Shown in pieces: positions 1-12,172 of a stretch of DNA of 64,000 nucleotides (positions are counted from its first letter, which is position 1; every line of letters starts with the position of its first letter). The position numbers and the translations under genes are program-made. Source of the DNA: an uncultured Haloferula sp. GTDB lineage: Bacteria > Verrucomicrobiota > Verrucomicrobiia > Verrucomicrobiales > Akkermansiaceae. Under the pieces are notes generated by a model. It did no database searches. It saw only the letters and a list, made by a program, of their open reading frames with translations, and had not been told where the DNA came from. The stretch spans positions 32,001 through 96,000 of the forward strand of contig CBFGTS010000007.1 in NCBI GenBank assembly GCA_965652295.1, written 5' to 3'.

Positions 1-1581
1 CTGTTCTGCGCGGATGTGGGGCAGGGGAACGTCGAGGAGGTGAACCTGATCGAAAAGGGCGGGAACTACGGCTGGCGCAACAAGGAGGGGGTCTTTGATT
101 TCGATTCGTCGGCACCGGGAACGGGGCCGTTTGTCGATCCGGTGGCGCAGTATGCCCATCCGAACTCGGACAACGGCCTGCCGAGGATCGGGCTTTCGGT
201 GACGGGCGGGTATGTCTATCGCGGGACCGCGATTCCGGATCTGGCCGGGCACTATGTCTTCGCCGACTGGAGCAGCAGCTTTGGTTCACCGAGTGGAACC
301 TTGCTGGGGCTCGAAGAAATTTCGCCGGGCGAGTTCTCGTTGGTGATTCCCGAGGTCGTCGGCGGGAACCCCATCGTTGGCTACATCGCGGCGCTGGGTG
401 TCGACGAGACCGGTGAACTGTATGTGGCCACCAAGACCACGCTCGCGCCGTCGGCGACCGATCCCGGCACCGGCCTGCCCACGGGGGCGATCTGGCGGAT
501 CGTATCCGGCGAGGAACCGGGGGAAACGGTGACGCGGGAACTCACTGCGGCCAAAGACAACACGATCTTTTCGGAGAACGTCACACGAAGCAATGGTGCC
601 GGGCCGGGGCTGTTTGCCGGAGTGACGATTCAGGGGGACACCCGCAGGGCCCTGGTGGAATTCGATCTGGCCGATGAGTTCCCACCCGGGACCGTGGTGC
701 ATGCGGTGACTTTCAAACTCCAGGTGGACAAGGTCCCCAGTGGGGCACCGAACGCCAACATGACCCTTCATCGTGTGGTCAAGGAGTGGGGTGAGGCTGG
801 TTCGAACGCGGGCACGTTTGGAGATGGTGCCGGTGCTCCGGCCCAGACGGGCGATGCGACCTGGCTGGCGAACCGCTTCGGCGAGGACACCTGGGCGGTG
901 CCGGGCGGAGACTTCGAGTCCGCATCCTCGGCATCGACCGCAGTGGGAGGCCTGGGTGCCTATGAATGGACCGGCATGGGATTGGTGTCGGATGTGCAGA
1001 CCTTTGTCGATTCGCCGGAGCTGAACGCCGGCTGGCTCCTTCACGACGGTGGGAGCACGACAGGTTCGGCGAAACGGTTTCTGGCGCGGGAGAGCGGGAG
1101 TCTTGGGCCTCGGCTCGAGGTGGAGGCGACCCTCCCTCCGCCCACCAACCGGGAGGCTTGGATCGCCCGGTTTTTCGATCCGGAAGACGTGGTCGATCTG
1201 ACGGAGGACGCCGATGGCGACCGACTCGAGGGAATCCTTGAGTATGGTGCCGGGCTCGATCCCTTCACCCGCAATCCGGTTTCCGATGCCTACTCGATCG
1301 ACTTTGAAGAGGAGGAAGGACGATTGACGATCCGGTTCCGTCGCGATCCGCGGGCCACCGATCTCATTTATCGGGTCGATGCGGGGAACGATCTGACTTT
1401 CGGCGAGACGCTTGCCGTGAGCGAGGACGGCGCGCTGGCGGCGGGATCGGGCGTGGTCTCGGATCATCCGATTCCCGGAGCCCCGCCTTTCCGGGAGGTG
1501 ACAGTCCGGGATGGGGCGACGCCTTCCGAGTCCCCGAGGCGCTTCGTCCGGTTCGTCGTCATCAGTTCCGTTTCTGAGTAG
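1..1581 (+). CDS. Secreted glucose/sorbosone (PQQ-dependent sugar) dehydrogenase-like beta-propeller protein with DNRLRE-like domain and Verrucomicrobia-type C-terminal domain; 5'-partial
   Basis: Frame is open from base 1 (LFCADVGQG..EEVN..GGNYGW, SVTGGYVYRG, YVFADW are GSDH motifs); DNTIFSE..LFAG..RRALVEFDL middle domain; C-terminal DADGD..EY..GLDP...RRFVRF. Confidence 0.8.
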   Translation: MFCADVGQGNVEEVNLIEKGGNYGWRNKEGVFDFDSSAPGTGPFVDPVAQYAHPNSDNGLPRIGLSVTGGYVYRGTAIPDLAGHYVFADWSSSFGSPSGTLLGLEEISPGEFSLVIPEVVGGNPIVGYIAALGVDETGELYVATKTTLAPSATDPGTGLPTGAIWRIVSGEEPGETVTRELTAAKDNTIFSENVTRSNGAGPGLFAGVTIQGDTRRALVEFDLADEFPPGTVVHAVTFKLQVDKVPSGAPNANMTLHRVVKEWGEAGSNAGTFGDGAGAPAQTGDATWLANRFGEDTWAVPGGDFESASSASTAVGGLGAYEWTGMGLVSDVQTFVDSPELNAGWLLHDGGSTTGSAKRFLARESGSLGPRLEVEATLPPPTNREAWIARFFDPEDVVDLTEDADGDRLEGILEYGAGLDPFTRNPVSDAYSIDFEEEEGRLTIRFRRDPRATDLIYRVDAGNDLTFGETLAVSEDGALAAGSGVVSDHPIPGAPPFREVTVRDGATPSESPRRFVRFVVISSVSE

Positions 1582-1764
1582 TCGGTCTTGCTTCAGGGAT
1601 CTGGTTGGGGCCGTCGCGCGTGAGGCGGGCCTTCTTTCCGACACGGAGGGACGAAGAAAACGGAGGCCACGGAGCCGAAATCAGGTGTGGTTGTCCGTTC
1701 GTTCTCAAGAAGCCTCGAGGTGGGAAGCGCTTCGCAACTTGGGAGCTACGGAGAGCTGAGCGCC

Positions 1765-1797
1765 AAAAAAAGCCGCCCCGGAATTCCGGGGCGGCTT
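1765..1797 (-). terminator. Rho-independent terminator of ppdK (possibly bidirectional)
   Basis: Perfect stem aagccgccccgg-aatt-ccggggcggctt (1770-1797) next to an A7 run (U-tract on the minus strand), 40 bp after the ppdK stop. Confidence 0.8.
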
Positions 1798-1836
1798 GAA
1801 TGGATCGGGTGGCGCGGATGAATCCGCGATCACGAA

Positions 1837-4677
<2,841 letters not shown>

Positions 4678-4764
4678 CGTTAGTCTCGGTGATGAGGTTT
4701 GCGTCGTTGAGGCACCTGGAAAACGCGCTCTTCGGTTGTAGCGCGTCCCGGCGCGGACGCGCGG

Positions 4765-4792
4765 AGCTTAGGAATCGCGAACCCTGTGTCAA
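4765..4792 (-). promoter_or_regulatory. Putative sigma70 promoter of ppdK
   Basis: Minus strand TTGACA-16 bp-TAAGCT about 90 bp upstream of the ATG. Confidence 0.5.
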
Positions 4793-4825
4793 TGAACGAG
4801 TTCCAGCGCTTGACAACGAATCGAC

Positions 4826-4862
4826 AAGAAAAACCCGGGCACCCCATGCGGGGCGTCCGGGT
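4826..4862 (-). terminator. Rho-independent terminator after the PEP-CTERM gene
   Basis: Minus strand acccggacgcccc-gcat-ggggtgcccgggt followed by ttttctt. Confidence 0.7.
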
Positions 4863-4888
4863 AAAGGAAGGCTGAACGACGTTCGGGT

Positions 4889-5530
4889 TCAGCGGCGGCG
4901 GCGCAGCAAGCCGAGCAGCCCGAGGCCGCCGAGGAGCGCGGAGGCGGGCTCGGGGGCCGTGTAGGTTCCGATCGGGAAGACGCTCGAAGCGGTCGCATTG
5001 GTCGTCTCATCGTCCGTGGCGTTGGTTCCGCTGAAGGTCCAGTCGTCGGCTTCGAAGGTGGTGCTGGGCCCCGTGCCGTCTTTCCGATAAGCCCACCCGT
5101 CGAGGTAGTCCCACACGGTTCCGGAGCCTGAAACGTCAACCTGTCCGAAGACGTCGATGACTGTTCCGTTGTGAAAGATTTCTATAGCGTCGTCGCCATT
5201 GATTGACACGGAGGAGGTGGTGTAGTCTGGAGCAAAGCCGAAATAGGCGCTGAAGTCTGTCGTCTCGGAGGCAAGGTAAATGTAGCTCCCCGCGCTTGCG
5301 GTGGTGATAGGGAAGGTGAACTCTTCGCCATCTGTTCCGCCTCCGTTGTTGGCGGAACCCAAGCCGTAAATGCTCAGGTCGGGAATATCGGCCGAGACGT
5401 ATAATTCCACTGCTTTGGGCGTTCCGCCGGTTAACGGGCCATCAAAAACACCGGTGATGATAAGGGCTGCTTGGGACGAAATCGCGCCTGCGGCGAGAAA
5501 CACGGAAATAATCAGGGGATTTGCTTTCAT
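4889..5530 (-). CDS. PEP-CTERM sorting domain protein with lamin-tail-like domain
   Basis: Start re-assigned to MKANPLII (signal peptide); LIITGVFDGPLTGGTPKAVELY...INGDDAIE...DGWAYRK domain; C-terminal APEP-hydrophobic-RRRR. Confidence 0.9.
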   Translation of the reverse strand: MKANPLIISVFLAAGAISSQAALIITGVFDGPLTGGTPKAVELYVSADIPDLSIYGLGSANNGGGTDGEEFTFPITTASAGSYIYLASETTDFSAYFGFAPDYTTSSVSINGDDAIEIFHNGTVIDVFGQVDVSGSGTVWDYLDGWAYRKDGTGPSTTFEADDWTFSGTNATDDETTNATASSVFPIGTYTAPEPASALLGGLGLLGLLRRRR

Positions 5531-5670
5531 GTTCGGAGGGTAGGTTGATGCGAGGAAAGGGGGTTCCTCGACCGGGGAAAAGACGCATCCTGTCACGGAA
5601 TTGTCAGTCTTTCCCCTAGCCTCGTGACTGCTGAAAGCAACCGTCGCGCCAGAAGGCGACACTTTTTTCC

Positions 5671-6207
5671 TTACGTGGCTCCCTCGCCGCGAGCCATGAC
5701 GACCTTGCCGGTGCGGACGGTTTCGATGATCTCGAATTGCGAGAACATGCTGACGGCTGCATCGACCTTCTGGGATTCCCCGGTGATCATCACGATCATG
5801 GATGTCGGGGTGAGATCGACGGTCTTTCCGGAGAAGTGCTCGGTGATCTGAAGTGCATGAGAACGCTCGGCGGGCGAGCATTTGAGTTTCACCAAGCACA
5901 ACTCGCGGGTGACGGCATCCGCCGAGTGGTGCTCGGAGCAATGGATGACGTCGATGAGCTTGTTGACCTGTTTGATGATCTGCTCGAGGCCCTGGGGATC
6001 ACCGGAGATGCCGATGGTCATCCGCGAGAAGCGGGCGGAGCGGCCTTGGGAAACGACGAGCGAGTCGATGTTGAAACCGCGTCGGGCGAAGACCTGACAG
6101 ATGCGCATGAGGACGCCGGCCTTGTTGTTGACGAAGACCGAGAGCGTGTGGCTGCCCTGGCCGTTGGTTTCGGCCACGGGGGTGTCGGTGGTGACGATGG
6201 TGCTCAT
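5671..6207 (-). CDS. ilvN: Acetolactate synthase small (regulatory) subunit
   Basis: ACT domain HTLSVFVNNKAGVLMRI..F.RRGFNIDSL, C-terminal ETVRTG; directly follows ilvB. Confidence 0.95.
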   Translation of the reverse strand: MSTIVTTDTPVAETNGQGSHTLSVFVNNKAGVLMRICQVFARRGFNIDSLVVSQGRSARFSRMTIGISGDPQGLEQIIKQVNKLIDVIHCSEHHSADAVTRELCLVKLKCSPAERSHALQITEHFSGKTVDLTPTSMIVMITGESQKVDAAVSMFSQFEIIETVRTGKVVMARGEGAT

Positions 6208-6214
6208 GGTAGAA

Positions 6215-6244
6215 GCTGAAATGCTGAAATCTGAAATGCTGAAA
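6215..6244. repeat. Short tandem repeat (G)CTGAAAT x4 between ilvB and ilvN
   Basis: gctgaaat gctgaaat ctgaaat gctgaaa. Confidence 0.8.
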
Positions 6245-6259
6245 CGGGAGGCTGCGGGA

Positions 6260-7987
6260 TCACGTGGAGCCCGTGGGCTTGGCCATCTTGTGTTTGGGCG
6301 GCTCGGTGAGCATGTCCTCGAGGGCGGCACCTGCGGGGATCATGGGGAAGACGTTGTCGGTTTTGACGCATTCAGCGTGGATCAGGATGGGGCCATCGTT
6401 GTAGGCGAGGGCCTTCTTGATCATGCGGGTGACGTCGGCCGGGCGCTTGATGTTGACGCTGGGAATGCCGTAGGCGGCGGCCAGCTTGCAGAAATCGGGG
6501 TTGCCGTGAAGGTCCACGCCGGACTCGCGGTTTTCAAAGAACAGCTCCTGCCACTGGCGGACCATGCCGAGGTAGTGGTTGTTGAGGACCACGATTTTCA
6601 CCGGCAATTTGTGGATGGCGGCGGTGGCGAGTTCGAACAGGGTCATCTGGAAACCGCCGTCGCCGGAGATGGAGATGACGGTCTTGTCCGGGCAGGCGAG
6701 CTGGGCGCCGATGGCGGCGGGGAAGCCGAAGCCCATGGTGCCGGCACCGCCGGAGGAGAGCCACTCGTAGGGGCGGTCGTTGAGGAAGAACTGGGCGGCC
6801 CACATCTGGTGTTGGCCGACGTCGGTGGAGACGATGGCTTTGCCCTGGGTCTGTTTGTAAAGCTCCTGGATGACCTGCTGCATGCGCAGTCCGCCCTGCT
6901 TGCGGTAGGCGAGCGGGTACTTCTTCTTGTAGGCGTCGAGGTTGGCGAGCCACGGGGCGGTATCGAGCTTCGACACGGACTTGTTGAGTGCGCCGAGGGC
7001 GGCATTGGCATCGCCGATGATCTGGACGTGTGGGACGATCATCTTGGACATCTCTGAGGCGTCGATGTCGATGTGGATGATCTTGGCGTTGCGCCCGAAC
7101 TTGTCGGCTTGGCCGATGATGCGGTCGTCGAAACGAGAGCCGACGTTGAGGATGAGGTCGGCCTCGACCATGGCCTTGTTGGCGTAGGCGGTGCCGTGCA
7201 TGCCGAGCATGCCGAGGGAGAGCTTGTGGGTTTCCGGGAACACTCCCTTGCCGAGCAGGGTGGTGGTCACGGGACACTGGAGGGTTTCCGCGAGCTTCAT
7301 CAACTCCTCGCCGGCGCGGGCGATCATGGCTCCCTGGCCGGCCAGGATCACCGGACGGCGGGAGTGGGCGATCATGTCGAGGGCGGTGGCGACGGCGTCG
7401 GCATCGATCTCGAAGGCCTTCTCCGGGTGATAGCCGGGGAGGTCGAGTTCGGGGTTGAGGTCGCCGTTGAAGGGGCCCTGGGAAACGTTCTTGGGGATAT
7501 CGATCAGCACCGGGCCGGGACGGCCGGTGGTGGCGATATGATAGGCCTCGCGGGCGATCTTGGGCAGGTCGTCGGTTTCCTTGACCAGATAGTTGTGTTT
7601 CACCACGGGCATGGTGATGCCGAAAATGTCGGCTTCCTGGAACGCGTCCTTGCCGAGCATCCAGGTGACCTGCTGGCCGCAGAGCACGATCATGGGCACG
7701 GAGTCCATCTGGGCGGTCATCAGGCCGGTGACCGTGTTGCCGGCACCGGGGCCGGAGGTGACGAGCACGGCGGCGGGTTTGCCGGTGGCGCGGGCATAGC
7801 CATCGGCCATGTGGACGGCACCCTGCTCGTGGCGGACGAGAATGAATTTCATCTTCGTCTTCACCGTTTCGAGCGCGTCGAAGATGGGGATCGCGGCTCC
7901 GCCCGAGTATCCGAAAATGTACTCGATGCCGAGTTCGTCGAGAGTCTTGATCAGCGCTTGGGCACCATCGAGTTGTTCCTTGCTCAT
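6260..7987 (-). CDS. ilvB: Acetolactate synthase large subunit, biosynthetic type
   Basis: [41 protein letters not shown] motif [17 protein letters not shown]. Confidence 0.97.
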   Translation of the reverse strand: MSKEQLDGAQALIKTLDELGIEYIFGYSGGAAIPIFDALETVKTKMKFILVRHEQGAVHMADGYARATGKPAAVLVTSGPGAGNTVTGLMTAQMDSVPMIVLCGQQVTWMLGKDAFQEADIFGITMPVVKHNYLVKETDDLPKIAREAYHIATTGRPGPVLIDIPKNVSQGPFNGDLNPELDLPGYHPEKAFEIDADAVATALDMIAHSRRPVILAGQGAMIARAGEELMKLAETLQCPVTTTLLGKGVFPETHKLSLGMLGMHGTAYANKAMVEADLILNVGSRFDDRIIGQADKFGRNAKIIHIDIDASEMSKMIVPHVQIIGDANAALGALNKSVSKLDTAPWLANLDAYKKKYPLAYRKQGGLRMQQVIQELYKQTQGKAIVSTDVGQHQMWAAQFFLNDRPYEWLSSGGAGTMGFGFPAAIGAQLACPDKTVISISGDGGFQMTLFELATAAIHKLPVKIVVLNNHYLGMVRQWQELFFENRESGVDLHGNPDFCKLAAAYGIPSVNIKRPADVTRMIKKALAYNDGPILIHAECVKTDNVFPMIPAGAALEDMLTEPPKHKMAKPTGST

Positions 7988-8134
7988 GAGAAAATTGCGG
8001 TTCGCGCTCCAAGTCGGGTAATTTTTCCCGATGTGCAATTCAAAAATCGTTGAAATCGGGTCAAACTCACCCTGAGTTTCCCGGGTTGTTTTCCAAAGTT
8101 GACCGGTTTTCAGGCAAGTGTGCCTCTGGTGGGG

Positions 8135-9058
8135 CTATCGTTTCGGGAAAAGATGCTTCCATGCGGCAAAGGCCTCGCGGATCTCCTCGGCCTTGCGGGT
8201 GGGTGAGAGTTCCCAGGTGAGGGGGCAACCGGCGGGGAAGAAGGGCAGGAGTTGATGGTAGTCGAGTTCGCCGGTGAAGGGCACCCGGTGGTCGCGGGCA
8301 GGCCACTGGACGTCATGGACGTGGCCGCCGATGAGGTAGGGCTGCATTTTCTCCAGCCACTCGACGTGGTCGAGCAGGCCGAGGTTGTGCTTGAGCTGGA
8401 CGTGTCCGAAGTCGTGCCAATAGCCGACGTTCGGGTGGTCCTTGAAATGCTCTTGGAGGGCGACCATTTCGCGCTCGGTGGGAGTGTCCTCGAAGCGGGA
8501 TCGTGACTCGACGGCGAGCAGCAGCCCGAGCTCCTTCGCCTGCTCGGCGATTTGTTCGAGAGCGGCGATGGCGCGCTGATAGTAGAGGGGGCCGAGCTTC
8601 TCGCGCTTTTTGATGAAGGCGATGCGCTCTTTGGCGAATGCCGGGGTGTCACGTTGGCCCTCGGCGACCATCGCGGTGAGGCGTTTGGTCCACTTCTTGG
8701 TGCTGAGAGGCGCGGATCCCATGTGCAGGACGACGTAGCGGGCCTTGAACTCGGCGGCGAGTTCGAGGGTGCGCCGGGTCATGTCCATTGCCCGCTGGCG
8801 GTCGAAGGGGCGGTGGGAGGTGTATTCGTAGGCGTCGGGCGCATCGATCATCACCTCGACCGGGGAGGGGAAGTAGTTGTGCACGCCGAGGCAGGTGAAG
8901 CGGCCGTCCTCGAAGGCTTTCCTGATGCCCGGCAGCTTGGTCACGGTCATGCCGTGGGAGAGTTCGAGCTCGGAAAAACCGAGTTCGAGGATCTCGTCGA
9001 TCATGGCCTCGCCATCGGTGTGACGCGAGTTGTTCCAGCAGGTCGAGAAGGCGGGCAT
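8135..9058 (-). CDS. Sugar phosphate isomerase/epimerase family (xylose isomerase-like TIM barrel)
   Basis: VVLHMG, LAVES, WHDFGH, HVHD, DHRVPFTGELD, WE metal ligands. Confidence 0.85.
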   Translation of the reverse strand: MPAFSTCWNNSRHTDGEAMIDEILELGFSELELSHGMTVTKLPGIRKAFEDGRFTCLGVHNYFPSPVEVMIDAPDAYEYTSHRPFDRQRAMDMTRRTLELAAEFKARYVVLHMGSAPLSTKKWTKRLTAMVAEGQRDTPAFAKERIAFIKKREKLGPLYYQRAIAALEQIAEQAKELGLLLAVESRSRFEDTPTEREMVALQEHFKDHPNVGYWHDFGHVQLKHNLGLLDHVEWLEKMQPYLIGGHVHDVQWPARDHRVPFTGELDYHQLLPFFPAGCPLTWELSPTRKAEEIREAFAAWKHLFPKR

Positions 9059-9094
9059 GGGAAAGCAGGGCTTATGGGCCTAGAGGCGAGCCGG

Positions 9095-9760
9095 TCACGA
9101 GCCCGCTACAAGGAAGACGATCTCGCCCTTGGGAGGGTGGATCTGGAAGTGGGCGAAAAGTTCGGCGGCGGTGCCGCGGTGGTAGGTCTCGAACTTCTTG
9201 GTCAGCTCGCGGGCGACGCAACAACGGGCTTCCGGATGGCTGCCGGCGAGAAGTTCCAGGGTCGAGACGAGCCGGTGGGGCGACTCGAAGAAAAGCGTGG
9301 TGCCGTCCGTTTCCAGCGCGGTCTCCATGGCGGCGAGGCGCTTGCCTTTTTTCACCGAGAGGAAGCCGAGGAAATGGAAGGCATGGCAGGGAAATCCGGA
9401 GCCGATGAGCGCGGTGAGCACGGCGGAGGGGCCTGGTAGAACTTGGTAGGCGAGGTCCTCGGCGAGGCAGGCCTGGATCAGGCGGTAGCCGGGGTCGGAC
9501 ACGCCGGGCATGCCGGCATCGGAAATCACGGCGACGTTTTCCCCGGCCCGTGCGGCACTGACGATCTCGGGGATCCGTCGAGCTTCGTTGTGCTCGTGGA
9601 GGGAGACGAGCGGCTTACCGGTGATGCCGAGGTGGGCGAGGAGCGGGGCGGAGTGGCGGGTGTCCTCGCAGGCGATGCGGTCGGCGTTTTTCAGGACCTC
9701 GATGGCGCGCAGGGTGATATCATCGCGATTGCCGATCGGGGTGGGAACAAAGGAGATCAT
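9095..9760 (-). CDS. rsmI: 16S rRNA (cytidine1402-2'-O)-methyltransferase
   Basis: PTPIGNRDDITLRA, ACEDTRH, SDAGMPGVSDPG, FESPHR, RELTKKFE, KGE. Confidence 0.97.
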   Translation of the reverse strand: MISFVPTPIGNRDDITLRAIEVLKNADRIACEDTRHSAPLLAHLGITGKPLVSLHEHNEARRIPEIVSAARAGENVAVISDAGMPGVSDPGYRLIQACLAEDLAYQVLPGPSAVLTALIGSGFPCHAFHFLGFLSVKKGKRLAAMETALETDGTTLFFESPHRLVSTLELLAGSHPEARCCVARELTKKFETYHRGTAAELFAHFQIHPPKGEIVFLVAGS

Positions 9761-9799
9761 GAGATGCCCGGGCGGAGGCGGGTTTCGGCCCCGCACTTC

Positions 9800-10306
9800 T
9801 TAGTAGCCGTTGGCGAGGCGGGAGACCATGCCGTCGCTGGCGCGCTTGAGGGCGTCGGGCAGCGAGTTGTTGCGGGCGGTCTGGAGGTTGGAATCGACGA
9901 ACATCTTCGAGGAGCCCATCGAGGTCCCTGAGGCGAGGGTTTTGTTGGGATCCCCGGCATCGCGCAGGATCCAGGAGAGGGTGACTGTATTCTGGAGCTC
10001 CAGAGGGCGCAGTGTGTCGAGGCGGGCGGAGCGGATCTGGGTGTAGTCGATCTTGGAAATGGTGGCTTCCAGCACGGCATCGGCCGCGTCGCGGGTGGCG
10101 ATCCGGTAGGTGCCATCGAGAATGAAGGACTCGGTGGCGGCGGAGGTGGCGAGGGCCTCGGCGCGGGGATGAAGAGTGTCGTTGCGGAACATGGGCACCG
10201 CGATGGTGTGCACGTCCGCGAGCGCGGCAGGCTTGGTGCCGTCGATGCGGTAGCCGGCGCAGGCGGCGAGCGCGAGGGTCAGGAGCGGGGCGAGGAGGCG
10301 GATCAT
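9800..10306 (-). CDS. lptE: LPS assembly lipoprotein LptE family
   Basis: Lipobox LAAC followed by GY, IAVPMFRNDT, ADAVLEATI; adjacent to bamD. Confidence 0.75.
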   Translation of the reverse strand: MIRLLAPLLTLALAACAGYRIDGTKPAALADVHTIAVPMFRNDTLHPRAEALATSAATESFILDGTYRIATRDAADAVLEATISKIDYTQIRSARLDTLRPLELQNTVTLSWILRDAGDPNKTLASGTSMGSSKMFVDSNLQTARNNSLPDALKRASDGMVSRLANGY

Positions 10307-10315
10307 GAGAGGCGA

Positions 10316-11242
10316 TCAGTTTCCGCCAAGAGCGGCGAGACGGGCCTGGGCCTGGTCGTGCAGTTGCCCGGACTTGGCGCGGCGGATGACTTCCTGATAG
10401 TAGAATTTGGCCGAGTTGGTATCGCCTTTCTTTTCATAGAAGCGGGCGATGTCGAAGGTGTTCTGGAGGTCGCGTCCGCCGATGTTCGAGAGCAGCTGGC
10501 GGGCTTCGTCATTGCGTTTGTGCCCGGGGAACTGGCTCAGGTAATCGCGCAGCGCTTCCTCGGCGCGGTCGAGGTTCGCCTGGTCCTGGTTGCCTTCCTT
10601 CGCCTGCTTCAGCAGCACCTCGCCGATGCGGAACTGGGCCTCGGGGGCCTCCGGGTAGGCGGGGTATTCGAGCACGACCTTTCGGTAGGCGCTGACGGCC
10701 TCGCCGACCTTGTCGTCGCCGGCGTAGAGTTCTCCGATCTTGAAGGCGGCCTTGGCGGCGGTCGCGGAGCGCGGTGCGTTGCCGGCGACCTTTTGAAGCA
10801 TCTCGATGACCTTGTTGGTCGCCAGTCTCGACTTGAGGCCGAGGAAGCTGGATTTGATTTCGCCATCGGCGGCGGCGAAGGCCATCTCGGTCTGGCGCTT
10901 GAACGCCTCGCGATAAAGGCCGCTGCCCTGATAGCGGGAAATGAGGTCCTGATAGGCGTCGAAGGCATCGAGCGTTTCGCCGCTTTCATCGAGAAGCTTG
11001 GCCTGGCGGAAACGCGCGTCCGGCGCTTTGTCGGCGAGGGCGATCTTGTCGGCGATCTCGTCGTAGAGCTTGATCGCCTTCTTCGTTTTGCCGGCGTTTT
11101 CTGCAGCCTGGGCTTCGGCAAACAAGGCTTCGGCGCGTTCGTTGTTTCCGGAACCCGCACTCACCAGCGGCGGGAGGTCGGAATCGTTTCCGCAGGATGC
11201 CAGCAGAGCGGCGATGGAGAGAAGGGCAAGCCTCGGGCGCAT
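10316..11242 (-). CDS. bamD: Outer membrane protein assembly factor BamD-like TPR lipoprotein
   Basis: Lipobox LASC, TPR repeats, DQ...RA...YL.QFP and FDIARFYEK...SA.FYY motifs. Confidence 0.75.
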   Translation of the reverse strand: MRPRLALLSIAALLASCGNDSDLPPLVSAGSGNNERAEALFAEAQAAENAGKTKKAIKLYDEIADKIALADKAPDARFRQAKLLDESGETLDAFDAYQDLISRYQGSGLYREAFKRQTEMAFAAADGEIKSSFLGLKSRLATNKVIEMLQKVAGNAPRSATAAKAAFKIGELYAGDDKVGEAVSAYRKVVLEYPAYPEAPEAQFRIGEVLLKQAKEGNQDQANLDRAEEALRDYLSQFPGHKRNDEARQLLSNIGGRDLQNTFDIARFYEKKGDTNSAKFYYQEVIRRAKSGQLHDQAQARLAALGGN

Positions 11243-11285
11243 GCCGGGACGCTATAGAGACGAAGCGGGGGGCGGGAAGCGAAAA

Positions 11286-12086
11286 TCAGCCCCTTCCGAG
11301 CTCGCGGGAGCGTTCGGTGGCGGCGGTGACGGCCTCGATCAGGGCAGATCGCAGTCCGCCGGCTTCGAGTGCGGCAAGGCCGGCGATGGTGGTGCCGCCG
11401 GGCGAGGTGACCTGGTCCTTGAGCTGCCCGGGGTGGAGGCCGGTTTCCAGCACCATGGTGGCCGCACCGCGCAGGGTGCGGGCGGCGAGTTCCATCGCGA
11501 CATCCCGCGGCAGGCCGGCGCGCACGCCGCCGTCGGCGAGGGCCTCGATCATGAGGAAAACGAAGGCCGGACCGCTGCCGGAGAGGCCGGTCACTGCATC
11601 GAGCAGGGGTTCGGGAAGGAGATGGGTGCTGCCGACCGCGCCGAGCAGGGACTCGGTCCTTTCCCGGTCGGTGGCGCTGACGTTGGCCGAGCAGGCGAAG
11701 CCGGCGGCACCTTCGCCCACCAGCGCGGGGGTGTTCGGCATGCAGCGGACGAGCCGCCAGTTGGCCGGAGCGTGGGTGGCCAGCCATTCGAGCGTGAGCC
11801 CGGCTGCCACGGAAATCAGGAGTGCTTCGGGCGGGGCGGCTTGCGTGAGCGCGGCGAGCGCGGCGGCGGCTTGCTGGGGCTTGGTGCAGAGGAGTACGAC
11901 ATCGCAGCCCGCCAAGTCGTTGATCGAGTCCACGGCCTTTCCTCCGGTGGCTTCGGCGAAAGCATCGCGGGCTGCGGGGTAGGGATCGTATCCGAGCAGC
12001 GCGTCCGCCTTGACCGCCCTGGCGCGGATCGCTCCCGCGACGAGGGCCGTGCCCATTTTTCCACAGCCGATGACTCCAAGCTTCAT
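11286..12086 (-). CDS. proC: Pyrroline-5-carboxylate reductase
   Basis: GVIGCGKMG, RCMPNTP, TGLSGSGPAF, VTSPGGTTIAG; start re-assigned to MKLGV. Confidence 0.97.
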   Translation of the reverse strand: MKLGVIGCGKMGTALVAGAIRARAVKADALLGYDPYPAARDAFAEATGGKAVDSINDLAGCDVVLLCTKPQQAAAALAALTQAAPPEALLISVAAGLTLEWLATHAPANWRLVRCMPNTPALVGEGAAGFACSANVSATDRERTESLLGAVGSTHLLPEPLLDAVTGLSGSGPAFVFLMIEALADGGVRAGLPRDVAMELAARTLRGAATMVLETGLHPGQLKDQVTSPGGTTIAGLAALEAGGLRSALIEAVTAATERSRELGRG

Positions 12087-12172
12087 GCGCCGGAGGTTAG
12101 AGCGGGTCCGCCGCGCGGGGCGAGTGTTCATTTTGCTTGGAGGGGCGGGCGGCTGCCAGCATCGTCCCGCGC

